Assembly (NCBI GenBank): GCA_000165425.1
Contig: CT868037.1
Location: forward strand, 62,001 to 126,000
Direction of reading: 5' to 3'
Origin: Paramecium tetraurelia
Lineage: Eukaryota
Length of the DNA stretch: 64,000 bases
Made by a program: the position numbers and the translations under genes. Positions within the stretch are counted from its first letter, which is position 1, and each line of letters opens with the position of its first letter. The notes under the pieces are model-generated. The model saw only the letters and a program-made list of their open reading frames with translations. It made no database searches and was not told where the DNA came from. Below, piece after piece: positions 23,636-36,705 of this stretch.

Positions 23636-25514
23636 TCAACTAATTGGATTCTCGTTGACCTTAAACATATTTTTGATCCTTTTCTTTTCATCTTCGTCTT
23701 CAACCAAAGTCAAAATATTGATTCCTTATGATTTTGGTCCATTATATGGTACCTTCTTAATGAATGTCAGACAAAAACAATAAAGGAGTATTGCAGTCAC
23801 AACCAGACCGCCAGAAACTCCTATTATAATATAAGGAGCATCCTTTGGATAGACCTTCCAATAAGGCAATATCTCAATACTTTCAACCTTAATCGTACCT
23901 GATACCAAGTATCCTGAATTAGCATTTGAAGCTGTCTAATCCGTTGTCTATAATAGCCTTCTTAATAATAATCTTCTCCTAGAATCAGCTGGATAGTTGT
24001 CGTCTAAATCTCTCTCAACCAATTAGGCAGTGATTGAAATTGTACAATTCTACACTGCAAAAGGCACTTAGAAAGTATAAATAGTAGCAGTCTGATTTTT
24101 TTCACTTACACCTTAAGATTTCAAATTGATTGAAGTTCCATTACCTAGAGCCATAGCACTCACTAACTAAAATTTGAAATCTGCTCCAAAATCTATGTAT
24201 TTATTGTCAAGCATCACCAAGATATAAAAGGGATCATTTAAATACAATACTTGAGGTTCATCATAGAATGACCTACAAGTGGAACTCTAACATAACAGAA
24301 CCTTGCCCTCCACTTTTGTAGAGGCTTCCCCTAGATTGATTTCAGAAGTCAAGACTCCAAATTACACTTAATCTGAGGTAATGTCTTTTGCAATTAAGAT
24401 AGAACTCTCATTGGGATAATAGAATTCCTAAGTCCATGTTAAATTGACTAAGTCAACTGATGTGTTGTTCAAGAGCAAATAGAATTCAAATAGACATGAA
24501 TATCCTGCCTATTAAGAGAGTGGTAGTTTAAGTGAATATTGACAACCAGCAGTAGTTAAAGTAGATTCTGAAATTTTGAATCCATATTAATATAGAGCCA
24601 ATGACGGATTTGATGAATCTACGTAGTCATTGTTGGCTTTGTTCATAATGAATTTTACCATGTGGCATTCCTTTATTTTAACATTCTTCAAAACTATACC
24701 ATATAAAGAATTCGATTCTGAAACCCACCCTACTGAGATTTTATTAGCTGTGATGCTGCCTGCATCGAAGTAACAGAAATCAGATATGCAGGCACCTCGA
24801 TAGAGTCTTCCTACTTCACATGATGTACATTCAAAATAGGATAAGCAACTGTTGCATCCTGGAGAACAAATTCCCCTGTCAAATATCGAAATGTTGGTAA
24901 TCAAAAATTGACCTGCATAATCAGTAGCATCAGAGTAGGCCTCAAAGACTATTCTAAATGGTTTTGTTGAATTTGGTTTTATGTGAACCCTGACCTATAA
25001 TATGTTAATGATAGTGTACCTTTGTCCAGGTGTTCTCAGCGAGACTATTTATTGTAACAAATTAAGCGTATTCATTTGTTTAATTTACACCAGAGGTTAT
25101 CAAGGTTTTGTCTTCTGCTCCAATCCAATAAAATTCATCGACATCATTGGTCCAACCTACCACAATTCCTGTATACGGTTTTTCAGATTAAGGATGATGG
25201 ACAGCCAAATAAGCGAATTCCAAAGTTACTACATCGTCTACCGATGTGAAATTTAGACTAGATTGGATTTGTTTGGTGAAACAATCTCCTCCATAGGTGA
25301 GTTTAGTTATCACCATACAATTTTATTGTCTTGTAACCACAGTGCATGGAACAATCAGACAATTGTGAGTACTTGACAAATCTGATTCATTTTTTGAGGT
25401 TATAAATGTTGAAATGTGTTCGTTGAAATTGAAGAATGCGGGCGTCTATAAATATTAACCGAGCACCAATTCTAATCCTAAGAGAATAATATAGCAAAGC
25501 ATTATTTTAAACAT
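23636..25514 (-). CDS. Type I membrane protein with a furin-like Cys-rich repeat
   Basis: Signal peptide MFKIMLCYIILLGLELVLG; CSPGCNSCLSYFECTSCEVGRLYRGAC; TM helix YIIIGVSGGLVVTAILLYCFCL; short cytoplasmic tail; one intron near 24995-25019. Confidence 0.8.
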
Positions 25515-26448
25515 ATATAATAATGATTGAAAAATGATGAGGAATCCTGGAATTCGACTAAAAATTGAAATATTCTATTTGAATTACATAATTGATTTTC
25601 TTGTGCCATGCATTTAAAATTTATGTAAGTGTGGTTTGTGATTTTAACTCGATAAATGAAGCTCTTAATTCTATTTGATTTCTCAATATTATTAACGAAA
25701 CCCTCATTTGTCCTCCCATTTCTATGCTGCCCCCAATTTATTTACCAATGCTCCTTCTTCTGTATCTCAATCCAATGCTCCCTTTGATTTGCTGATCCTC
25801 ATTTATCTGAAATGAAATCCCCTATTTGTATTAAAGGATTATTACAATTAACATTTTTCCATTGTCCCCTATTCACTTAGAATCAGATGCTCACAGCAAT
25901 CTAAATATAATTAAATGAACATAATTGACTATCAATCAAATAATAGGCGGTTTCTATCCATGAAATTGAGAACTCATTGATTATTTTTAATAAATTATAC
26001 AAACTAATAAATCAAATTTAGATTAATCATTTAAAACTAAGGTTTCGTTAATACATTAACACCAATAAATTAATATATGTATATTCGAATCCATTTTAAA
26101 TAAAAGAATTTAAATATATATATATAATCTTGTAATCTGTTACCTTAATATTAACAAGTAACTTATTCTAATGATGTTAATTAAAATGATTTATCCAAAA
26201 TTAATTATGAAGGTTTACTTAATCTGGAGGTTTATTTTTGAATAATCTCTTCAAAATATTAAATTCTTTTGTAATTCTTTCTTTTAAAATTTAAGGTTTT
26301 ATATTATCATATAACAAATTCTATCTTGATTTCAATTTTTGTAAGAATATTATATTGATTTAAATTTAAAAACAATTAAGAATGATATTCTAGCAATCTT
26401 ATAGAAAACCTTTAAATAAAAAGTTCATTTATAGTTAATTTATCAAAA

Positions 26449-26901
26449 TCAATTAAAAAGCCCAGCATATTGTGCAATTTCTTTAGCATCTTCTTCGTAT
26501 TCCCTTTCTTCCTGTCCTTCTTCTTTATCTTATGTGTTTTCATTCATGAATGATTTTTTTTTACTCATGTCATGCAACCTACTAATATAGATTATTTTTC
26601 TAGCACACAAATCCAAAAATTTGGGTTGATTCTAAGGTATGTTTAATAGCATTACTCTAAATTAATACATGACGTCTTCTATATTCAATTTCAAATTGTC
26701 TTCCTATTTCTCTATTGATCTCTTTATTGATTTTTCCAATACTCTTTACAGAAAATGGACAGCTGCCTTTTACACTTCTACAATAGCCAAGGGATCAGGA
26801 TCCTTTTCTCCTGCATTAGATTAAAATGCTGTTCGAATAGGTCCTTCAAATATTTTGTTGGAGATCTTTGGGTTTTTGCTACTAAATAATTCATTTTTCA
26901 T
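26449..26901 (-). CDS. TAF13/Spt3-like histone-fold protein
   Basis: KIFEGPIRTAFQSNAGEKDPDPLAIVEVQKAAVHFLQRVLEKS..LNIEDVMYQFR/NQPKFL matches the TFIID-18kDa (TAF13) pattern; acidic tail; probable 24-nt intron. Confidence 0.6.
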
Positions 26902-27052
26902 GATTATCAATAAATATTAATATTTATGAAAATAATAAAATAAGAGTCCTTATATTATCTATTAACAATAAAGATAGTATGAAACATACCTATAGTGATC
27001 AGTTATAGAGTATATAAGTGCTGCAGATAAAATTTAGTATTTAAAATAATAT

Positions 27053-27781
27053 TCAATAATTAATTAAACTATCAAGACAATGCTCCATATTGAATCTGTT
27101 TTAGCAATCCAATTTGTATTTTAGATATTTAAGTGGATTGTTAAGCAACTTTTAGTTATCTGGCATGAATTGATCATAATATTTGATTCTATGATATTCT
27201 AACTTCTCAGACAAATTCCCAAAAGGATCAGGACGAGTATTCTGGACAGTTTTATTGTTTGTAGAGTGCAAATGAGGCAATTAATAACTTTATGCTCCTG
27301 AAGAATATGATTGGTTTTATGTTTAATTGTTTGGTTGTTTATTGGTAGTGAATGTTTAGGGTGTTTTGGTATCGGTAGTTTGTCTGATAGAATGTAGAGA
27401 TATTTTATAAGGATCAGAAGTAGGAGGATCAGTCTACAATTCCACCTATAATTCCTGGATTTTTTATTTAAATTGTTCTATATTTGAAGAAAGATTGTAT
27501 CGATCTTAGTGACTTTGTGATTCATTAAATTTCTTCGTGTATTATTGAATGGATCTATTGAACTCTTGCAATCCTGTCTTAACATCACTCAATTCATCCT
27601 TTTTGTCAGAGCTTTCTGGAGCATGAAGACTACTCATGTCAATCCCAAGGCGTTGCAATTTGGATTAACTCAAATCAACGTCTGAATCCTCAGACATTAT
27701 CTAATCGTTTTGAAGATCAGCTAAGGTGAGTGCAGCTGGAAAGTAGGCTGAAACTTTGTTTCTGTTAGTGTCTGTTAACAT
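27053..27781 (-). CDS. Hypothetical protein, 242 aa, intronless
   Basis: Open code-6 frame MLTDTNRNKVSAYFP... to TGA 27053 (729 nt). Confidence 0.7.
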
Positions 27782-28091
27782 TTATTATTTGCGCAATATT
27801 ATTATAATTATTATTATTCAACGAGATTGTTTAATATTTAATATAAATAATCATCAATATATTATATATTTTATACTATCCTCTTATAAAGGAAATACAA
27901 ATTCTAAGTTTATCATATGATTATAAGTAGTAATTAAATATTATACATAACCTCAATCTTATGAGTTATTAAGTATCTCTATTCTTCGATAGTTCTAATT
28001 TATGTTAATTATCAGGCTATTATATTATTTTTGATTGCTACATCTATTTATGGAACTGTGAATATTATACAAATTCATAAAAATAAAATAA

Positions 28092-30245
28092 ATGAATTAA
28101 GTTGCTAATCATTAAGGTGTAAACTAATTAGTCTATGGAATCCTTGTTAAAATAAAAATGCACAAAGCCAAACGAACTTAGATAATTTTGTTTTTGAGTC
28201 CGAATGAGGCTCGAATGATTCAAATGGTAATGCAATAATAAAATTCCTAGCTTGATCCACTTGGTACATTCAGTAATTACTTTGATCTCACATAAATTTC
28301 AGATATGACATCTGAAGAGCAGAACAAATTGAAAATCATCAATTCCCAAGGCATCTTCATTAAACTCTACTTTGAAAATTACCAATAACTAAACATCATT
28401 AGAGAAGGTTTGCAATATCTTATGGCTGAGGCATTCCGCATCTAAAAATAACTAGATAGTTACAATCAAATATGGAGCAACGCCCTAAAATTGATTACGA
28501 AGTCAGATCTCGATATGGATAATAGACTCAGCTTTAAGGAATTCTAATTTCTAATTGGGGAATTGTAAATTGAAATCCCAGAAAGAAAACTCTTATAGTT
28601 ATTTGATAAACATTAAAAAAATAACCAATTGGATGAGGCTACTTTGTATAAATTGCTTATGGAGATTACAAGGAAACATGAATTGATTCAATTATATCAA
28701 AAATATTGCAGTAAATAAGAAGGTATATTTGATGATCCACACAATACAATGTTGATGAGTGCCCACGACTTAGAAACCTTCTTCTTAATTGAATAAGGTC
28801 AAAAAGATTATAAGGCATAAAAATAGTGTTACAACTTTTACGATTTCTAAAACATCATTTTCAATCAAGAAAATTCAATATTCCAAGCTAAAGATTTTGA
28901 TAAATCTTAGCCTCTTACACAATATTTAATCAACTCATCCCACAATACTTATTTAGAAACCAATCAATTAACCGGTTAATCAAGTTGTTTTGCCTATCAA
29001 GATGCCTTCAAGATGGGTTTCAAATGTGTAGAATTGGATTGTTGGGATGGATAAGATGGAGAACCAAATGTTACACATGGTCATACCTTAGTGAATGATA
29101 TCAAGTTTATCGATGTTATCAGAACTGTCAGAGAATTCGCCTTCATTAAAGATGACAATCCTGCTATATTATCTTTAGAAATGCATTGTTCTCTTAAATA
29201 ACAAAGAAGAATTGCTGATATAATAAGATCAGTCTTAGGAGACATGCTCTTTGTTATTAAGGATTATAAAGCCAAGCAATTTGCCACCTTGTAAGAATTG
29301 CAAAGAAAGGTATTGATAAAATATAAGGCCGATGAAGAATTCTTGTAAGAGAAACTGCAATTGAGTGATCATTCCTTATCCTTATCCTTGTATTGTACAT
29401 CAACAAAAGAAGATATGCTCATTTAGTTTGAAGATGAACAAGATAATGATAACTAACTTAACTAATATAGCAAGACACTTGATAGTAAACAAGGCAAGAA
29501 GAGTTGCAGAGAAATATTGGAAATAACTTCTTTATTCGCTGTATCACTTAAACTGAATATCAATCCAGATTTGGTGTGGGTAGTTTCAAGTGTCTCTGAG
29601 GATAAGATCTAAGATGTCGTAAAAAAGAATTAAGGCAAATTTTAAGATTATGTGAATACGTACTTCGTAAGGATATATCCCTTAGGTTTGAGATTCGACT
29701 CTAGTAATTATGACCCTTTTCCATCATGGTCAGCAGGGGCTTAGATGGTGGCCTTGAATATACAAACCAAAGACATCTTTATGCTTTACAATTACGGTAT
29801 GTTTCTCAATAGTTCATATGTGTTGAAGTCTAAAAATGACATTTAAATGACAATCTTCATCCAAATAATTAGTGCCAGTAATATAGTATGGGAAGAGGAG
29901 AAAAGGAGACAGCAAGAAGTTGTCGACCCATACATCAAAGTCAGGATTGCTGGGAACAAGGAGGATGTAAACAACTCAGAAAAGTGGAGAACTGAAGTTA
30001 TCTACGACAATGGGTATCACCCAATCTTCAATTATAAATGCAAAATTCAACTGAAACATGCTTAATAGGATGTGATTTACTTCCAAGCCTATAGTTATTC
30101 GCTTTTGGGGGATTCCTTATTAGGACAATATTGCTTGTCTCCATTAAATTTGAGAAGAGGTTATCGAATAGTCCCTTTATTAAATTCTTAATTGAAGCCA
30201 TTATTAAACTCTTTTGTTTTAGTAAATATTAAAATAGAGTATTGA
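28092..30245 (+). CDS. PLC: Phosphoinositide-specific phospholipase C (delta-like: PH-like, EF-hand, X, Y, C2)
   Basis: X box YLINSSHNTYL..CVELDCWDG..VTHGHTL..ILSLEMHC; Y box RIYPLGLRFDSSNYDP..GAQMVALNIQT; C2 DPYIKVRIAG..DNGYHPIFN..LRRGYRIVPL; EF-hand SDLDMDNRLSFKEF. Confidence 0.95.
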
Positions 30246-30431
30246 AACAGTATAGTCAAACATTAACTTTATAATATCATTTTATTTTACATCAAATATC
30301 ATCATCAATCTTCAACACGTTATATTATAAGAATGTCTTTTAATATATTCAATTAATATGATTTTGTAAAATGAACACTATATTAACTTAATAATAATTT
30401 TAAAACACAAATATAAAACTTTTAAGATAAG

Positions 30432-31691
30432 TCACACATCAAATGGATCGAATTACACTTATTGAATACTTGGCAACCACTAATATTAAAGTGGTTAACA
30501 TGGAGTTCCATCACCTTATTTAAACGTAACTGATAACTTTTTCTTGTCTTGAATATTAATTTGAATTTACCTATCAAATGTCCATCCATAGCTTCTTTTG
30601 CTTTTTATGCACTCTCTTATTTGTCAAAACTCACAAATCCAAATCCCTTACTTTTACCAGTTTTTGGATCTGTCATTACTCTTGCTGAAATTACATTGCC
30701 ATAAGATGAAAACAAATCCATTAAATCTGAATCCTTATGCTCATTTGGTAAATGAAAAACAAAGAGATTCGCTCCAGGAGGTCCTGTTTTCTTGGAATTG
30801 AACGTAGCCAAATCATTCAAATACTTTTCTTTAGTAATTATTTCCTTGCTTCCATCTGGTGAATATATGATTGAACCGAAACTCACACTATTAAAATGAT
30901 ATGAATATCCAACCTTCTCACAATTTCTCCAGTCTCCCAATGAATGTAAATTGGTTTCTTCTTCTGATCCAGCCACCTTGTATATGATTTAGTCTAGCTT
31001 ATTATAATAAATGTACAATGTCTCGAATTGGATCTCCTTCTTCAGTCGCAGGAGTGTCTGGATACTGCTTGTTCGCAATTGTGGCAGGCTACCCCAAAAA
31101 TCTTACATCTAAAGGACGATCTCTATGTTTATAGCATTAAGAGCATTACCCTAACTAATTCTTATTATGATTATTCTTGATTGCTAATAAGCAACTCTCC
31201 TTGAATGTATAAGACACGATGGCACTAATTGAGGACTATCCCTAATTCTGGATCTAAACGTCAGTGACTTGACCGTATTTCATAAAGATCTCCTTAATCA
31301 TTGCCTCTTCGCAGTCCTTCTATAATCCATCAATTTGAATCTTGGGAGAAGTTTCCTCAGCCACTCCTAATCTTTCTTTTTCGCCCTCAGCCCATTTCAG
31401 TACCAGAGGCTGCATTCCATCCACAGCCACTTCTTTCAATTATTTTGTGGCTTTTTCTCCCTCTTGCATTTTATTGAATTTGACTATTGCTGCTCCCTTG
31501 GATTTAGCTTGATTTTAGATTATTTCAGTACGATCATCCTTTTTTAACATCTATACATCAGACACAGTATATCCTTGACTTGATAGAAAATGTTTCAATT
31601 TCAGTTCATCCCATGCTGAAGGAATCTAGGAAATCTGTATTTTGAGATAGAGTGGCTATTCACTTGAAACGAAAGTAGGAACATATGACAT
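30432..31691 (-). CDS. CELF/Bruno-like RNA-binding protein with three RRMs and a WW-like segment
   Basis: RRM3 [43 protein letters not shown] is CELF-typical; RRM1 ends [14 protein letters not shown]; linker [19 protein letters not shown]. Confidence 0.85.
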
Positions 31692-32006
31692 TCTGTAAAA
31701 TAAATATTATTAAAATAAATGGAATAAACTTTTAAAGAATAATTATCAAACATTGAAGCATAAGCTCGTAAATTTGAAGAATGTAAAATTGCATTTACAT
31801 TTCAAATTCATAAAAACTTCACAATTGGAGTTAGCTGTAAAAACCAATTGTAATCTCTTTACCTATTAAATCTTGGAAAATTTAAGAATCAATCATGATG
31901 CCATAATGCAATAATACTATAACACAAGTTCTATTGGATTAAATAAGATCATAATTTCGATTTAGTATTATTATTAATATATATATTTATATTTATATAA
32001 GATAAA

Positions 32007-34105
32007 ATGAATAACAAAAGATAAACAATCGAAGATGCTATGAGAGCTGAACAAATAAATTCTTATTAACCTTAGTAATAAGGCGGCTATCAAAATTATT
32101 ATGGTTACAATTCCAATGTGAATTACAGATACCAACCCAACATTCCTGTCTAATATCAATATAATCAATATTATCAATATAATTATCAAGGAGTTGGAAA
32201 TCAATGTAAGCCATTATTAATAATCTAGAAGCAATGATGCAAAACAACTTTTATAGAGCTCCTCAATTTGTTTAACAACCGAGTACGGTTTTCAATTAAT
32301 AATAAAATAAATTCCAACCACCACCACAACAATAATTTGGCAATCCTCCATTACCATAATAATAATCTGTGTCACAACAGCTTGAGCAACAATCTATATA
32401 GTAATAATCTTCAAAGATTCAAATCGAAACCAATAATGATCATCAATTTCTGCCTCCAGTCAACATTTCAGAACTGGATCAACCCACGAGATGGGAAAGC
32501 GAACTGAAGGTCTATTCGTATCTGTATCGCAAACTCAACGTTGAGATGCCTAATTTAGTTAGTATGATTGTTGCTTAAAATAAATAGGCGCTAGATTTTG
32601 CAATTCTAGAGAAGTATTCAATGAGTAATCATCGATTACTGTGAAGTAGTATGTTGAGAGGGCATTTAACAAATGCCAATCTGATGAAGAGAGGAACATC
32701 ATGGAATAACATTTAAAAGCCACAATTGCTGAGGCTAAACGGAAGAATGAATATACTATCAGAGACTGGTCTAAATTTCCTTTGCCCACACTTCAAAGAG
32801 AGAATTAAATACGCACGCAGTCCTTATTTTCATCAAACTTACAAATTAAACAAAGCACAGCTATGGCATTGTCGTCATTAGGTTAAACTAGTAAATTTGG
32901 GGCACCAAGTCAAGCCCAACCTACTGGACCAGCTTAAAGTAATGGTTCTTAATAATAGAAATCACAGCATCTACTAATTTGCACAATTTGATCTCATTAT
33001 ACGATTAATTGGTTCAGTAATAGGTTGAATCAATCAATCAAAATCATATGAAAAATAAGAAAATTGACTATAGCATGGATTTGGCTATTCTGTAGATTGG
33101 AAAATTGTAACCCAATGCTACTACATAAATAAAATAACAATAAAAATAGTTAAAAAAAAGAATAGAAGAAGAAGACCAAATTATTGAAACAAATATGAAA
33201 ATCATAGTATTATGGAATTTCATTTATTTTTAAGGGGACATGTGAAGATCTAGAAAAACCTTATTTTAGACTAACTGGTTTGCCAGATCCTAATATGATT
33301 AGACCTGAGCATATCTTAAAAAAAGCCCTTGCATAATTATTAGATAAATGGAAAAACTGTCAAGCTGATTACAATTTCATAATTGAATAATTTAGATCAA
33401 TTCGACAAGATCTCTTGGTCTAACACATCGAAAATAGATTCACCGTGCAAGTGTATGAAGAAAATGCCCGAATCTGTTTAGAATGCGGCGATTTCCCTCG
33501 ATATGAAAGTTGTTGGACAATGCTGGTGGACTTATATGAGATGATCAGCATTAGTGAGGGCAAAGATGTGAATCTCATTGGGAACAAAGTCGAGTTTGAT
33601 AGTTACAGAATATTCTATCTCACCATGTTGAACAAATAAGATTAATTAGTGAAGATAATGCATCAAAATCTGGATGATTCAAGAATCAAATTCGCATTAG
33701 GGTACATATTCAATCTCATATCATTCCAGATTAAGAGAATCCTTTAAGTGTGGCAATTATGTTAAACTATTTAAAGATTACAAGGAATCAAGTGACACCA
33801 TGGGGAGCATCATTAATCACTTTTTAGTAAGAATCAGAGTTAGGGCATTGAAATAAATTGTTAAAACGTATATAAATCTTATATCATAATCATAGTTACA
33901 TTTCTAACATTGATCTTGAATACCTTGCCGATCTATTAGCATTCTAAGATGTTGAATAATTTAAATAATTCATGCAATTTTTTGGTATCATAATCTATTT
34001 ACCTTTGTAGATTTAGTAAGATTTGATGAAACCTTAAAGTTTTTATTAATAAAATAAAGCATAAATGCTTTTGATAATATCAATTTTGATAAAATGAATG
34101 AATGA
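32007..34105 (+). CDS. LENG8/Thp3-like SAC3/GANP (PCI) domain protein with Q/P/Y-rich N-terminus
   Basis: [68 protein letters not shown] is the LENG8/Thp3 signature; several short introns; TGA 34103-34105. Confidence 0.9.
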
Positions 34106-34576
34106 GGTCAAAATAATATAATATAAAGGTATAGTCTAATCAAATCTCAAGAATTATTTCTTCTCCAATTAACTTATTCTCTTTTCCAATCATATCCATC
34201 TCAATTAATGTTCTATTCTAAGAATTATCTCTCCAACTCCTATTAAAATGGTTTATTGTCTTAAATTAAATTGTTTTTGTAAGCTATTATTTTTGATTTC
34301 TAACCACCAAATGCCTGAAATGCTGATAATTATAATATTTTCATTAAGTTTACCTAATAAAAATATATTATTGAGTAATTCTTTTTTCTTATATATACAC
34401 TTCTATCTATTTATGTATTGGCTACAATTAGGAATAATAATTCAATCAAAATGAATCTTATATGCAATAGAAAAATCAAGACTATCTAATTTTGGATTGC
34501 AAAGATTATGAAAATTTGATTTCATTATTGAATTTAATTTAACAATAAAATTATATAACGAAAATTCAAAAGAAAA

Positions 34577-36684
34577 ATGAAAGGATATCTAGTTCAATCT
34601 TTAATCAGCCTATTTCCAATTCAATAATAGGAAACATTGATCAAGTGCGTGTTTATTATAGGATTTGATAAGCTTGTAAAAAAGGGTTTTTTCATTAATG
34701 GCAAACCCAAAATATAAGAAATAATAGATTATTCAAGTAAACTTACATATCATCTAGGTAAATTATAAACAGCTGGGAGATTGAACTTTGCTCAACAAAA
34801 CTGTGATGTGAGACAAGAGCTCGATCACCTGAAAGATGAAATAAGCAAGTTGACATAGTAAATATAATATAATAATTCAATAATGTAAATTTGTTGTCAT
34901 GTATTTTAGTTAAAAATAAACACAAAGAAGTCATGATAGGCTATTATTTTAGAATATCTCGACTTAATATGATGACAGAAAAAGGTCTGCATCAGTTGGA
35001 TATAAATAATAATAACAATAATTGATTTAAAAGAAAACCAAAGAAATAACTCCGAAAATTACAGAAACCATACCATAAACAATCAACTAAATCAATATCA
35101 CTATTTCTAAGCATCATTTGGATGATACAGAGATAAAGTCTATAATGAGGGACAATTTGATTAAAGAAAAACCTCCAAAACCCAATAAAGTGAATTAGGA
35201 TCAGCTTTTCAAAAAAAATAATTAGATTGATTATTAGCGCGTAGATACAGAAGAACATCACATGTACGAGGATACTGATAGCGTACCTGTCAGAGAACAT
35301 TATATTCCATAGATTCTATAATATTCAAATCTCTAAAATAGTTAGTTATCATAATATTAATAATAATTACAATAATAACAATAATAATAATAATTACAAT
35401 AATAATAACAATAACAATAATAACAATAATAATAATAATAACAATAATAACAATAATAATAATAATAATAATAATCTAATATCTTCTAATAGTAAACATT
35501 TAACTAATTACAATAACCTTAGCTATAATAACTCTAGCAATCCTAAGTATCATCATAATCCAATGCAAAATTAAGTGATCATTAATCTCATAATACAAAT
35601 TAAACCTTTGCTTAACCTTAGTCAAGCCAGAAGCATTTAGTTCCGCCTTAAAAATCTCCAAATAGTTAATCAAGATCTCCTAGTAAATCTCCAAAATTTA
35701 AATATCAACAAAAGCAGAATTCAAAAAGAAATTTAGAAACAGTGCAAGAAGAGAGTTTTACTTTAGTAAAACATCAAAGCAGCCATTCAGCTTCATCAAA
35801 GGGAAGAGGATCCTACCGATAGCAAAAAGCTCAATAAAATAATCAAGCTGTATCTAAGATCAAAGCTTTACTAGATTAAGATAAGAAGATTTACAAATAG
35901 CATATGATAGATGTCGCAAGTGAAAGAAGGTCATTTATCAATTCCTCCGATAAGATGAGGAAGATTTAAGAAGAGATACAATCTGAGCAAAGCCAAACCA
36001 AAAATCAAGAAATCGGTGATTCAGTAAATAAAAGAACCTTTTCTAACAATAGCTTTTATAAGCAATAATAGCACCAGTAGATCTCCCCGTAATTAGATTC
36101 TGAATCTAAATGCCAAGGTCTAAATCAGTTACACCAATTTTAAGGTTCTGTCTCAATGACAAACTCAAATAGAGTAAGCAATTTCCTAGCAAATCCCCAT
36201 CTACAAGATAATATGCCAAATAACAGCAAATACAAGTAGCAGATGCCAAATCAATACTCTCCTAAAATAAAATATTAAGCAAGACCATAGAGTGTTGGTA
36301 AATAGTAGGAGAGTGACTTCAAAAGATCGAATGATTTTAATAGAAGTTCAGTTAGCAGTACATTTTCAATGTTTAATCCTAATGAGGAGTTGAAGACATT
36401 TTTTTAGAATGATTTTCTTGAGAGAAAACGATATATCCCATAAGGGTACAGTGATATGACAAAATAAGTAATTTATTTAGTAATTAAATTAGTCATCCTT
36501 AAACTCCTCTTAAGATCATAATTAACATTAAAGCAAATATATTAGTTAAAGTCAAATTGAAGACTAGCAGAACTATAGTAAGAATTTATACAGTCCTTAG
36601 CAATATTAAAACATTGATAAGTCTAATGTTTTTAATAATAATAGGCTTAGCGTTACTAGAATACTAAATAATTCATAAATATGA
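34577..36684 (+). CDS. Large low-complexity Q/S/N-rich protein with a polyglutamine tract
   Basis: Code-6 frame maintained across three short introns to TGA 36682-36684; no globular domain recognised. Confidence 0.7.
35358..35474 (+). repeat. (TAA/CAA)n trinucleotide repeat encoding polyQ (37 Gln in 39 codons, 26 consecutive)
   Basis: In frame with the surrounding CDS; TAA read as Gln. Confidence 0.9.
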
Positions 36685-36705
36685 AATTATATTTTATTAT
36701 TTTAA

